From Rozella allomycis CSF55 (lineage: Eukaryota), in contig KE560384.1 of NCBI GenBank assembly GCA_000442015.1, positions 62,001 to 126,000 of the forward strand: a stretch of 64,000 nt of DNA, in the 5' to 3' direction. Below are positions 1-11,152 of the stretch, piece by piece. How positions within the stretch are numbered: position 1 is the first letter of the stretch; every line of letters starts with the position of its first letter. The position numbers and the translations under genes are program-made. The notes beneath the pieces were generated by a model that had not been told where the DNA came from, searched no databases, and worked only from the letters and a program-made list of their open reading frames with translations.

Positions 1-63
1 TTTCACAAATTTTGAAATGAACGGTAAATTCAAATCAAATTTATCAAGTTGATTTATTTAAAA

Positions 64-1350
64 TCAAGTAATCTTTAACCAATTGAACTTTCCATTCAAT
101 TCAGCAAGCCCGATCCTAGTCTCGTCCACCAGCTTTCTTTTAAGGGAATCAAAAGATATATTTTTAAATCTTTTGGGGTCTAAATGTCGTCTAATCGCGT
201 CATTCAACATCCATCGTTGCAAATGCCCGCCCAAAATCAAATCCAAGCTTTCAAGGCTAGGAAATAATGACAAGAACTCAAAATCACATTCACTATCAAA
301 CCCTGTTTCGACATATAAATGAGTAATGCTTTTAAACTTGCAATTAAGGTTAACAGGCCGAATTCCATTTTCAGCCTTTATCGATAGAAACTTTAGTCGC
401 CCCAATTTTTTCAAATCAAGGAAAAAGTCATCGTCCACTTGAAACAATGAGATGTCAAGAGACTCGATAGAATCTGGTAAAGTATAATCCGCAAGTTTAA
501 TGCCATTCAACGTTAATGATATTCCTTTCAAGGTGTCTTTCTTTAGCAATTTCAGTCTAGTTATAAAGGAATCATCAAAAAGTACGGAATCAAGGTCAAG
601 ACTATCATCTTGGCAAAACTGGATAGACATAATCATATCAAAATTGTTATTTAAACTTTGTTTCTGAATGTTGGTGTTAAAACAAAAAGAGTTTAACTGG
701 CAGTTCCTTTCTATGAATCTAAAAATGCAGTCATTTAAAGCTTCTTTGGAAACCTGTAGAGTATCGCAAGTGATAGATAATCTCAACAGATTCAATTTAG
801 GGATTTTCAAGTCAAAAAAAGATTCAATCATTTCAAACTGGTGGTCAGTACCATCAAGCGTCATAGAACAATCAATATACTCTAGTTGCGTATATTTTGG
901 CCATATCAATTGAATAAATAGAGAATATGAGCATGTATTGTAAGAAAGATGAATGATATTGGTTAATGAAGGATGCTCAAAAATACCACAAATCAATGGC
1001 CAAAAGTTGGCAGAAAGGTATTCGGATACTCTCAATTCTCTAATAGAAAGTTTCTTGTGTTTAATCAACCAATTTAAAGCTTTCTTGACTTCCTCTACTT
1101 TTGTAACATCAAAATCCGTCTCTGAGATTCGAAAACTCTTTACAAATTTGATATTCTTCCATAAACTTTCATTTAATTCTTTATGGATTCTAATTAATTT
1201 AGGGACTGTTAAAGGCGTTCTTTTCCACAAAACTTGCCTAATTACAAGTTCCAACTGCGAATTTAATAATGCGACTTTCTTCAATGAGGCAATATCGACG
1301 AATTTTGCTATATTTTCAATTATTTCCTCGATTAGAAACAACGTATGCAT
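64..1350 (-). CDS. F-box-like / leucine-rich repeat protein, intronless
   Basis: N-terminal IEEIIENIAKFVDIASLKKVALLNSQL resembles an F-box; repeated LxxLxL segments follow; first ATG at 1350. Confidence 0.65.
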   Translation of the reverse strand: MHTLFLIEEIIENIAKFVDIASLKKVALLNSQLELVIRQVLWKRTPLTVPKLIRIHKELNESLWKNIKFVKSFRISETDFDVTKVEEVKKALNWLIKHKKLSIRELRVSEYLSANFWPLICGIFEHPSLTNIIHLSYNTCSYSLFIQLIWPKYTQLEYIDCSMTLDGTDHQFEMIESFFDLKIPKLNLLRLSITCDTLQVSKEALNDCIFRFIERNCQLNSFCFNTNIQKQSLNNNFDMIMSIQFCQDDSLDLDSVLFDDSFITRLKLLKKDTLKGISLTLNGIKLADYTLPDSIESLDISLFQVDDDFFLDLKKLGRLKFLSIKAENGIRPVNLNCKFKSITHLYVETGFDSECDFEFLSLFPSLESLDLILGGHLQRWMLNDAIRRHLDPKRFKNISFDSLKRKLVDETRIGLAELNGKFNWLKIT

Positions 1351-1477
1351 ATATGAGAGCAATTAAGAAATGTCATCAGACCAGGGCACAACAAATAAAA
1401 CATGTATTGCTTTACGGATAGAGTTATCAATAAAATCAAAAACATGCAAACTTTATATAGTTAAATAAATGCATTTA

Positions 1478-3303
1478 TTAACATCCATGATCAATGGGTT
1501 CATCTTTTGATGCCTTTTTCCTATAAAATCTTGTTTCATTTGGATCAAAGCCTCTTTCGTTGCTTCCATACAATGCCCATGATGGAGTTTTAGTCATGTA
1601 ATCTAAAGAAGTGAAAGATGATTCAGAATTTGCAAATTCATGAAACTTTTCATAATCAATCCAAGTGTACCATTCGTTATCAATTTTGAACTTTTTGTGA
1701 GCAATGAGAATGGAGCATGAGTGTTCGTGTTCGCAAGACAATTCATAGTCTGGGAGGTGGCTAACAAACAACTTGCAAAACTCGACGACTTCTTTGTGGT
1801 AAGGGACATTACTCATTGTTAAGGGGTTTGACCCAGTGTAACCACAAAAAGTCACTCCCTTTATTTCGATAAAGTCTGGCTGTCCTCTTTTAACGAGTTC
1901 AATATAATTGTCCAGTTCATTTACATTAAAGTCTTTAACCAAAGTAAGACGATAAACAGTCCTTTGACCCTTTTTGGATAATTCACTCAAAGAAGCTAAA
2001 AAGCGCTCCCAGAAATCCTTAAACAGGGGTCTGTCAATTTTCTTTAAACTTTCCTTTGTGGCTGCATCAACGCTATTAAACAAGAAAAAGTAAATTTTAC
2101 CTGACATAAAGTTGAGTTACTGGAACCAAAGAAGTAATTAATTCCGGAAACTGGGCGTTTGTTACTAGAAAGGAGGATATCCTTTTTTGGTGAAGTAGAG
2201 TGACAAATTGATTTATTTCAGGGTACATAATTGGTTCTCCAACAAGAGAAAGTGCGCAATGTTTGATTTCAAAGGCCTCGTCCATTCTTTCTTGACCGAC
2301 CCCTGGCACTCCTTTCATTTGTTTGATCATTTTTTGGTGATTTTCAATCGCTCCATTTAACACAAACTCTGCATTATCCATTTTCCATTTCCATTCAGTA
2401 CCCACAGGATTCGTGTGATGTCGCCAGCAAAACACGCACTTGTTGGCGCAAGCTAAACTTGGCGTTGTTTCCATGCACCGATGAGACTCGATCCCATAAA
2501 ATGTGTGCTTGTAGCATCCTCCTCTTCCACGAAGCATAGATTTTGTCCAACGACAAATTTTCACTCCAGAATGACTTCCTATAATTTTATACCCTTGTTT
2601 TTGCAACGATTCTCTAACAATTGGCGTCACCATTTCTTTAACTTCACTTGAATCCCCCTTAACCTTGAGTTTAGACGCTAAAGATCCAAGCTCTTCCAAA
2701 TCCATAACCTATTGATTTAAAAGAAATCTTTTTACCTCCTTTTCAACTGTTTCTTCATCCGTCGATTCATATTCAACGTTTTCTGCCATTTTACTTTTTA
2801 AATGTTGAATTATTTTATTTGTCCATTTATTAAAAGTCTACATTGAAACATTCTATCCTTCTTACCTCCTCTTGCTCATCACTAGCATCACCGACACCCA
2901 TTGGAAACACTCTCTTTCCTTGCATCTTTTTCAAGCAAAGATTTAATGTTTTTCCAGCTTTATTAAAGTTATCGCCATATGCAGAATCAGCAAGACCAAA
3001 TACGGCATACTTCAAATCTCTTAAAAAGTCTTTATCAACTCTGAAATCAACTGTAGCTTCACTAAGCCATTCAAAGAAAAATTTTGCAGTTTCAGGTGCA
3101 CTTCCTTCAGTGTACGTTGATACAAAGAATACACACAACGCCTTTTCAGTGCCCAGATCTTCAGGATCATAGTCTGCCAAGTTTACAACTGAAACTATAT
3201 CTGCTACCTCTTTAGCCTTTTCTGCAAATATTTCTGAATATTTTTTGGCTGTTCCGGACTGTGTCCCATACAAAATTTTAATCTCAAAGTTATTTTCAGT
3301 CAT
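1478..3303 (-). CDS. TYW1: tRNA wybutosine synthesis protein 1 (flavodoxin + radical SAM), 4 exons
   Basis: Flavodoxin YGTQSGTA; GSHSGVKICRWTK; CANKCVFCWR radical-SAM cysteines; three 27-28 nt GT-AG introns join the ORFs in frame. Confidence 0.95.
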
Positions 3304-3894
3304 TCAAGCAAGGGTTATCAACAGAGTTTTATTTCTAATAATACTTATAAGTGAAGTGACGAAGAAATTTGACATTTAGTCATTAATTTGTAAAGACTTA
3401 GTTTATTATAATTTATCGCTTCCGTTATAACAATTATAATTCGAAATTAAAACACGGCTATATCTCTAGCAAATAGCAATTATAATTAAATAATCGTGAT
3501 AGCGATGATCGATCTGCGATAGAGCAGCGTTTGTTTTAATTCTTTCCTTTATCGAATGTAAGTGCTGACCAAAGAAACATGCTTGACTTTAGCAAATTTC
3601 ATCAAGAAGCACGATTATTTTACGAATAACATATAAAGAGAATAAAAATCTCTTAAATTAAAATTCGATTATTTGTTAGACCCTAACATTACCGAAAAGA
3701 ACAACTTTTCTAGTTGGTCGCAATTATGTCTATGGTTTCTATATGAGAATAGTATCAGAAAGAAAACTTATGGATCAAAGTTCTTTTCCTTCTTTTTTCT
3801 CAATTTGGAAATTTCTCAACGTGAAAACAGAAAATGTTCTCCAACAAAATGTAACTAGGTACAAACTAATCTATTGAAACTATTTGAAATGTAT

Positions 3895-6462
3895 TTATTG
3901 TTTTGGAACATTAGAAACAGAAGAATTAAACCCACCAGAGACCAGAAATTGTGAGGTATTGTGGATGGTCATTCCGGCTACTTTGGCTTGCCAATTTTCG
4001 AATATTTTAGACCATTTTTGGAACGATTCTTTATCAGCGAATTGAATGTTGTATTTATCACCATCAGAGACGATAATAGCCAAAAAAGACTTGTTGTTTC
4101 CAGAGTATTGGAATGAGCGAAGATATTTAACAAACCAACTAATTGAAATGCCACCTGGAGAGATGTTAGCGTCTTCATTATTTCTTTTATATTCTAGCAA
4201 GTGGATAGAGTTTCCATCGGTTGACAGGACAAGGGCTTTCAATTTAAATTCAGAAAATAGTCCTGACGATTTAACTTGAACCTTGGTGAACGCTTTCCAA
4301 TCTTTTGACATTTCGCCATCGATTTTCCCAAGAGAAAGTTTGCTTGCTTTTGTGGCTGGTCTCGAATGTTCTGAATTTCCAGAAAAGATTAAAAACAATT
4401 TGAAAAGAAAAGAGGAAATTAAATTGAAGAATGCAATGTAGGCAATGATGAATAATTTGACGAGAAAGCTGGCTTGGAATCCTAAAACGTTGCTAACCAG
4501 CATTGGGATGACAAAAGCAAGGACCATTGTGACGTTATAGATGGAAAGAGCAAGAATTTTCGTTTCTTGGAATTTAGCTGGGACATGCCTCGTTTTCAAA
4601 GCCATAAATAAATTCATTAAAAGAATTAAGCCGCAGTAAACAAGAATTAAAGTAAGAAAAGTGATTTGATTGTCGGGCGATGAGCTTGAACATGTCCAAT
4701 AGTAATCATGACGCGATGAACCCATTTTAACAACAGGGGAAGGAGAGTCTACAGCGTTCCAAATAATAACGATGAAAATAACTGGAATAGTCAAAGAACT
4801 CCCCAACAGTAAAACCTTCGAATCAGTCCATTTGGATCCTTCCGTTGTGGAAATAATATTAAATAAACGATACAATCTAACTGTTTTAGCAAATGTATTT
4901 CCATAATACAAAGAAAATGCAACAGCCAACAAAAATGAATCCGAAACACACGAAGCTTTCGTGGGTAACCCTGGCATTACAAAGAGTTGCAAAAATGCGA
5001 TTGCTAAAGACAAAAGGGAAACGTAGCTAACTTTAATACTCGATCTCATTAAAATTTGATTTTTTCTAAACAGGAAATAAAACGAAAAGGTCGCGAAAAT
5101 AGAAATTAATCCAATGGAGCCTAGAGCATGTGACAGAGTCCCCACAGGGCTGTTGCTGTCTACGTATTGAGCTACTTCGTATGGATCGATTGCATCTTTA
5201 GGCTTTTTCAACTGACCGCCGGGGTAAATCATCGCAATTCCTGAATTTATTATTTCTCCGTTACTCCACGTTGCTACTAGCTGAGCAGTTCCATTTATTC
5301 CATTATAAACGCTATAATCTCCAATTCTCTCTCCATTAGCGTCGAGAATCACATTTCCTGAAGGTGTCATTAAATCATTAAATTGAAACGTTTCCGGAAC
5401 TCTAATTTGATTATGATAAGTTTTGTTAATTAAATTATCAATAGAATTAAGATTTGATGATTTGAAAATTCGGTCTAGACCATGGATCAACAAGTCTAGA
5501 CAACTGGCCATCGCCATCGAATATACCCCTGGAATCGTTGAAGTTGTATTTATTGCAATTGGAGAATTCGTTTGATAAACACCCTGCGGCCACATTGATT
5601 TTATTTCATCATAAATTGGCCCTTGGCCTTCCTTTGCAATAAAAATAATACTCCCTTCAATTTCATTCTTTTGAATCGGATCATCAAACACTGTAATCAC
5701 CCCATCAGATGCAAGCCACGCATATCCCGCACCATATATTCCTTGCTCCTTGGCCACATTGATTATCTTTACATAATCAACAGCAAACCCAAAATATACA
5801 ATAATTCTTGAATCAACCGATTTTGTTGCTTGAACCGCCGACAATATTCGTTCTTTAGAATCTTCGCTATAAAACGATACCCTGGACAAGATTTGTATTC
5901 CCAGCTGTTTGGCTGTAATTGCAAACTGGTTTGCTAGATCCTGTCCATAATTGTCATTAGATGCTATCAACGAAACCATTTTCCATCCACTATTTTTAAC
6001 GTATTGCGCCATAGCATCCGCTTGGAACGTGTCACTAGGTGAGGTTCTGAAAAAGTTGCCGTATTTAGTTTTATCTCCCAGAGTTGGATTAGTAGACGAT
6101 CCACAGCACATTGGCAATTTGAAAGACTGCAGAACAAGAGACTCTATCGTTGACAAACTCGAGTAACCGGCGCCAATTATTCCCAGCATATTTTCATTAT
6201 TGAATTCAATCATCTGAGGCACTATTTTTGTACTATCCAGATCACTGTTCTTAAATGTTAATCTAATTGTTGCATTTGGGTGGATCAATGACGCATTTTG
6301 GTTTAATTGATCTGCACGAAGATATATGGCGTTGATCATGTCGATGAAAACAGTTTGATAGGATGTTATACCCAAAGAGATACCTATATTAATCGGTATA
6401 GTCCCATTAGGACTAAGAGATATTACACAAGATGCATAAAATAAGAGTAGTAATATCATCAT
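3895..6462 (-). CDS. Class C (GABA-B/mGluR-like) GPCR: signal peptide, Venus-flytrap domain, 7TM, C-terminal PH-like region; intronless
   Basis: GIIGAGYSS, KTKYGNFFRTSPSD, KTVRLYRLF, KTRHVPAKFQETK motifs; seven hydrophobic segments; probable start MMILLL at 6462. Confidence 0.9.
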   Translation of the reverse strand: MMILLLLFYASCVISLSPNGTIPINIGISLGITSYQTVFIDMINAIYLRADQLNQNASLIHPNATIRLTFKNSDLDSTKIVPQMIEFNNENMLGIIGAGYSSLSTIESLVLQSFKLPMCCGSSTNPTLGDKTKYGNFFRTSPSDTFQADAMAQYVKNSGWKMVSLIASNDNYGQDLANQFAITAKQLGIQILSRVSFYSEDSKERILSAVQATKSVDSRIIVYFGFAVDYVKIINVAKEQGIYGAGYAWLASDGVITVFDDPIQKNEIEGSIIFIAKEGQGPIYDEIKSMWPQGVYQTNSPIAINTTSTIPGVYSMAMASCLDLLIHGLDRIFKSSNLNSIDNLINKTYHNQIRVPETFQFNDLMTPSGNVILDANGERIGDYSVYNGINGTAQLVATWSNGEIINSGIAMIYPGGQLKKPKDAIDPYEVAQYVDSNSPVGTLSHALGSIGLISIFATFSFYFLFRKNQILMRSSIKVSYVSLLSLAIAFLQLFVMPGLPTKASCVSDSFLLAVAFSLYYGNTFAKTVRLYRLFNIISTTEGSKWTDSKVLLLGSSLTIPVIFIVIIWNAVDSPSPVVKMGSSRHDYYWTCSSSSPDNQITFLTLILVYCGLILLMNLFMALKTRHVPAKFQETKILALSIYNVTMVLAFVIPMLVSNVLGFQASFLVKLFIIAYIAFFNLISSFLFKLFLIFSGNSEHSRPATKASKLSLGKIDGEMSKDWKAFTKVQVKSSGLFSEFKLKALVLSTDGNSIHLLEYKRNNEDANISPGGISISWFVKYLRSFQYSGNNKSFLAIIVSDGDKYNIQFADKESFQKWSKIFENWQAKVAGMTIHNTSQFLVSGGFNSSVSNVPKQ

Positions 6463-6523
6463 CGTAGAATATGAGGTTACTATGGAAAGGTATCTGATGC
6501 CATGATCAAACGAAATTTCAGGA

Positions 6524-8196
6524 ATGGAGGACTGGGATATCAATAGGGTTGCTGGATTCCTGGAACAAAATGGATATTCAGATTATATAAATGTTTTTAT
6601 TGGTAAAAATTCTAGTTGCGGTGCATAGATAATCAAGTAGATGGAAAGGCTTTAATGTTTGCAGATAGAAGAATGCTATCAGAACTGGGTATAAAGACTG
6701 TAGGAAAGAAGATTAAATTACTAAATCTAATAAAGGAAGCTAGAAATTTAAATGAAAAGGAAGATGTCTCAAATTTTGATAATTTGACAGTCGACACTTT
6801 TGACAACAATTTCGATGGCATTTTAACATTAGAATCTGCTCTAGAAGAAAGAGGTAATTTTTAACGTTAATTTTAAGAGATAAAAAAGTTGCTCTTTTGC
6901 AAATAGAGATTATGAAACTAAAGTCTGACATTGAGAGCATCAAATGTAAATTTGAAAGCAGTTCGGAAGGAAACAATGAAGAGTTGAATTTGAAGTTTTC
7001 AAAAGTTGATTTATCAATACAAGAAAACAATTCGAGCCAAAGCAATTCAAACGAGAATAATTCAAATGAAAACCAATCAAACGGAAATAGATCTAACGAA
7101 AACAACTCAAGTGAAAATAATCATGGAAATCAAATAAAGTTGAGTGTTGGCTGTGACGCTATAGCGATTTACGAGTACCACGCTACCCGCAAAGATGAAT
7201 GCGATGTACGAATCGGGGACGAATTTAAAGTTTATGACATTATCGAAGAATGGACCATTGTAGGAAAAAAGGACAAGGAAAATAAAACAATTACTTCTAA
7301 AGGTTGGNAAATACAGCCCGGTCTACCTTCCAAAGGAATTGTTGTGAATGATTACGTCGCTGTTGGGAATAACGAAATTTCCATAATAAAAGGGGAAATG
7401 ATTTCTATTTTAAAAAGATATCAGCATTGGACGTTCATTTCTAAAGTAAATTCTACCGGTTGGGTTCCCAGCGAAAGAGTAAAAATCTTTAAAGATAAAA
7501 TCAATACCCCTGTACAAAATGAATCCTTTAAAAGTCCAATGCAAAGTTTGTCTAATAAAAGTCCGCTGGGTATTTCAAATTTTTCGCAATCACATGATTT
7601 GCAAATTAAAACTGGCAACTCCTTGCTAGAAAAACCTGTGCTAGAAAAAACCTTTCACAGTCTTGGGGATGTCCTTTCAGCTTCCATGGCTGAAAAAACT
7701 CCGACGTTTTCCAAATTTTCAAAAGACGAAAAAGAAATTGTTAAAAGCTTAAAACCTCAAGAAAAGGAAAAAATTGTCACAAACTACATTGAGAAAATAA
7801 AGTCGGAAAAATTGAATCCATCGAGCCAAAATAATTCACCACAGACTACAAATTCATCAAAAAGATTAACTTTATCTGATTTCCAAACGTTGCTAGAGAA
7901 TGGACAACTCTTCAACAATAAAAATACAATTCCAGAGGAACCAAATAGTAAAAACATTCGTTTCATGACAATTAGGATTTAATTATTATAACATTCCGTA
8001 TGACGACCTATTGAAAGCCAAGAATGATCCATCGTTGGATAGAATCCATTTAGAAGTAAAGTTAATTGCATTGATTTTATAGCGATACTTGTCTGAGGAG
8101 GATTGTCTTAGATATTTGCAATGCCAAAAGTCAGAGTTGGATAAGCTACCGGCATGGAAAATCAAACAAAGGAAACAGAGGGCCGATCTCCTATAG
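6524..8196 (+). CDS. SAM + coiled coil + two SH3 + villin headpiece protein, 5 exons (N at 7308)
   Basis: Spliced N-terminus MEDWDINRVAGFL...FIDNQVDGKAL...ELGI (SAM); AIYEYHA and VVNDYVA...GWVPS (SH3); spliced C-terminus HLERYLSEEDC...LPAWKIKQRKQRADLL* (headpiece). Confidence 0.8.
7023..7127 (+). repeat. Degenerate 15-bp coding tandem repeat (ENNSS/QSNSN/ENNSN..., about 7 units)
   Basis: Five-residue periodicity in the translation and DNA. Confidence 0.7.
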
Positions 8197-8286
8197 AGAC
8201 ATTTTGGATTAAATAAATGCAAAAATTATTTAGAATTAGAAAGAAAAGACTTTTTGCATCAAAATTTATTAATTAATCACGTTAAA

Positions 8287-8682
8287 CTATTTCGCATTTA
8301 TCAATTTAGCATGTTTCTCCTTGTTAACCTTTGGTTTCTTTTTGCCATTAAAGATTTTAACTGTTCGATTTATTAATTGATCTTCAAAACTAAGAGTTGC
8401 AATTTCCAGCTTTCTAATTTTCCTTTTCAAAGCATCATTCAGTTCGGATTGTTCCTTGACAGACTTCCATTCCTCCTTTAAACTTTTGCGTTCTTTAACA
8501 AGATCTTTATATTCTAGAGTTAAATTGTCATATTCTTTTTGCAATTTGTTTATTTTACTCAAGAGATGATGAACTTTTTCAGCCTTGGTCTGACTAGAGG
8601 ACATTTTTTGTGCATTATTGGGTTGAATTGTTAAATATTTGCTGTTGTAATCATATAAGAGTTGCAGAATGGATAATACCAT
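8287..8682 (-). CDS. Small basic coiled-coil protein of unknown function
   Basis: 131-aa ORF with heptad pattern; start may be a downstream Met. Confidence 0.5.
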   Translation of the reverse strand: MVLSILQLLYDYNSKYLTIQPNNAQKMSSSQTKAEKVHHLLSKINKLQKEYDNLTLEYKDLVKERKSLKEEWKSVKEQSELNDALKRKIRKLEIATLSFEDQLINRTVKIFNGKKKPKVNKEKHAKLINAK

Positions 8683-8876
8683 TTAATTTGATTTGACAGT
8701 GGCGCTATATTGTTATTGTTTACCATTGCGGAGAAAAACCTATTGTATCGTTTAGTTACTCAATCAACACTAAAGTGGCAAACATATTTTTAAAATAATT
8801 TAAATCAATAGTTTTAAATCATTGATCTATAAAACCATATAATGACCCTTTTCAGGAACAACCTGAAAATTCAGAA

Positions 8877-10942
8877 ATGAGCAATAGTTTCTTTACTACA
8901 TGGAATTCATCGTGGACAGGTGGATTTTCACAGGGCAACGATGAAGATGATATTTTGGAAGATGAAAATGCAGAATACCAAGTAGGAGACACAAAAATAA
9001 CTTAATAAGAATTTTTGGAACTTTAAAGATTCTATATTATTTGCGATAGACTGTAACAAGGAGATGCAAGAGAAGGGATTTGTGTTGAATGCGATAAAGT
9101 GTGCGAGATCAGTATTGGAGAGTAAAATAATTAGCAGCGAAAATGATGTTGTTGGGATTTTGTTATATAATACGAAACAGACGAGGAATGTGTCGCAATT
9201 TCCATTGATTTATATGTTCCAGGATATGGACCAACCGGATGCGCAAAGGATTATGGAGTTGGAAAAGATGGAAAAGGATTTAGAGAATGGACAATTAAAT
9301 GTTACAGAATCATGTCAAGATGACCAAATGGTGTCTTATCAAGACTTGTTTTGGATTTGTTCAACGATATTCTCACAGAAAGCCCACAAGATGGGATCTA
9401 AGAGAATATTTTTGATAACAAATGAAGATCATCCGCATGCAACAAATCCAGCTCTTCAAACGAGTGCTTTAAGAAGAGCAAAAGTATTTTAATTGAAAAA
9501 GTATTTTTTAGGATTTGAATGAATTGGGGATTTCAATTGAACTCTTCATGTTTAATAAAGCGAATAAAAATTTTGATTTAAGTTTATTTTATAAAAATGT
9601 CGTTGAAGAGGAAGACATTCAAAATGCAGAATCAAAGTTTGAAGAATTGATGGTTCGAATTAGAAGAAAGGAAACTAAAAAGAGACCCTTGCAAAAAATA
9701 TTGTTTGGTTTGGGAGAAAATTTTAATATTTCTCTCAAAGTGTAATATTTTTAATAAATTTGTTATAGTTTTTTACTTTTCAGCCCAGCAAGAAAAGGAA
9801 ATCACGTTTACTTGGATTCAAGAACAAACAATGAAGTCAATGTCATGACAGAATACATTTGTAAAGATTCTGCATCAAATTTATTGCCTTCTGACATTAA
9901 AAACTATTTCGAATATGGAGGCGAAAAGGCAATCTTCAATAAAGACGAACTTTTGAAAATTAAGAAATTTGGCCCTGCTGGTAAAGCAAACAAAATTTCT
10001 TTCAAAAGGTTTAACTTTACTGGGCTTTAAACCAAAAGAAAGATTAAAATTAAAATACAACTTGAAAAATTCATATTTTATTTATCCAGATGACTCTCAA
10101 GTTAAACAAAGTTCTCTCTTCTTTTCTCATTTCCTTGATAAATTGGAAGCCAAGGGAAAAATCGCCATTTGTCGCTACATTGCTAGGGACTACAGCAAAC
10201 CATCAATCGTTGCTCTTTTACCACAAAAAGAACAATTTGATGAGAATGGAATTCAAATTAAACCTCCAGGGGCTCATTTAATAACTCTTCCATTTGCTGA
10301 TGATTTAAGATCTTTGCCAAACGATTCAATCCAAAAAGGTAATCTGAAATTTCTCAAATCAATCAGCCAATCACGATCAAGTTGATAAAGCAAAAGAAAT
10401 CGTTGCAAAGTTGACTCTTCATGGTGGTTTCAATTATGATAACTTTGAAAATCCATCAATTCAAAAGCATTATGCTGTCCTTCAAGCCTTGGCTCTCGAC
10501 AGAGAAAAATTGGAAGACTTCAATGATAACACAATTCCAAAATATGANTCAATGATAACACTATTCCAAAATATGAACAAATGGATAAAAGAATTTCTTC
10601 TCTCGTAGAAGAATTCAACACTTTAACTGGCTTGTCTAATATTCCCAACGAAGAAAAATTTAAAGCTACCACAAAGAAAAGATCGGCCAATGAAGAATCC
10701 AAAACAACCAAAAAGAAAAAGGCCGAAACTAATGATGAACCCGAAGAAAATGTTTCAATTGACGAAATTGTTAAATCTGCACATGCAAAGGGAACAGTAA
10801 TTTGATCACACTTTTGTTTCTTTAGTTGTCTAAATTGACCATTCCGAGTCTCAAAGAATATTTGGCGCATGTTGGGGTAAAACCCAAAAAATTGAGAAAA
10901 GCCGATTTGTTGGAACAAGTGGAAGAGCTTTTATCGCAATAA
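8877..10942 (+). CDS. KU70: Ku70 NHEJ DNA-end binding protein, 7 exons
   Basis: vWA DSILFAIDC, KRIFLITNEDHP, LTLLGFKP, FIYPDD, LPFADDLR, FENPSIQKHY, C-terminal SAP-like exon; 27-29 nt introns; assembly duplication at N10548. Confidence 0.95.
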
Positions 10943-11152
10943 ATATAAATTATCTCATTTTAAAGTATTTCAATTGTTCAATTGTCACTATCATATCATG
11001 TCACACTAATTAGCCTAAAGCATAAGAAAATGCTACAATCAGTGACAGTATTCGCGTGATGTTTTGCCTCTTTAGGTTATATAAATCCTACTACGTATAC
11101 CTAGAGCCAGTCATTTTGAGATTAATATTCTCAGAAAATGTCATGATCCATT

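Noticed and set aside
3495-3570. Possible C/D box snoRNA (GCGATGA ... CTGA) or small spliced gene upstream of TYW1
   Set aside because: C box mismatched, no terminal stem or recognisable rRNA guide, and no ATG-initiated frame could be built; left unresolved
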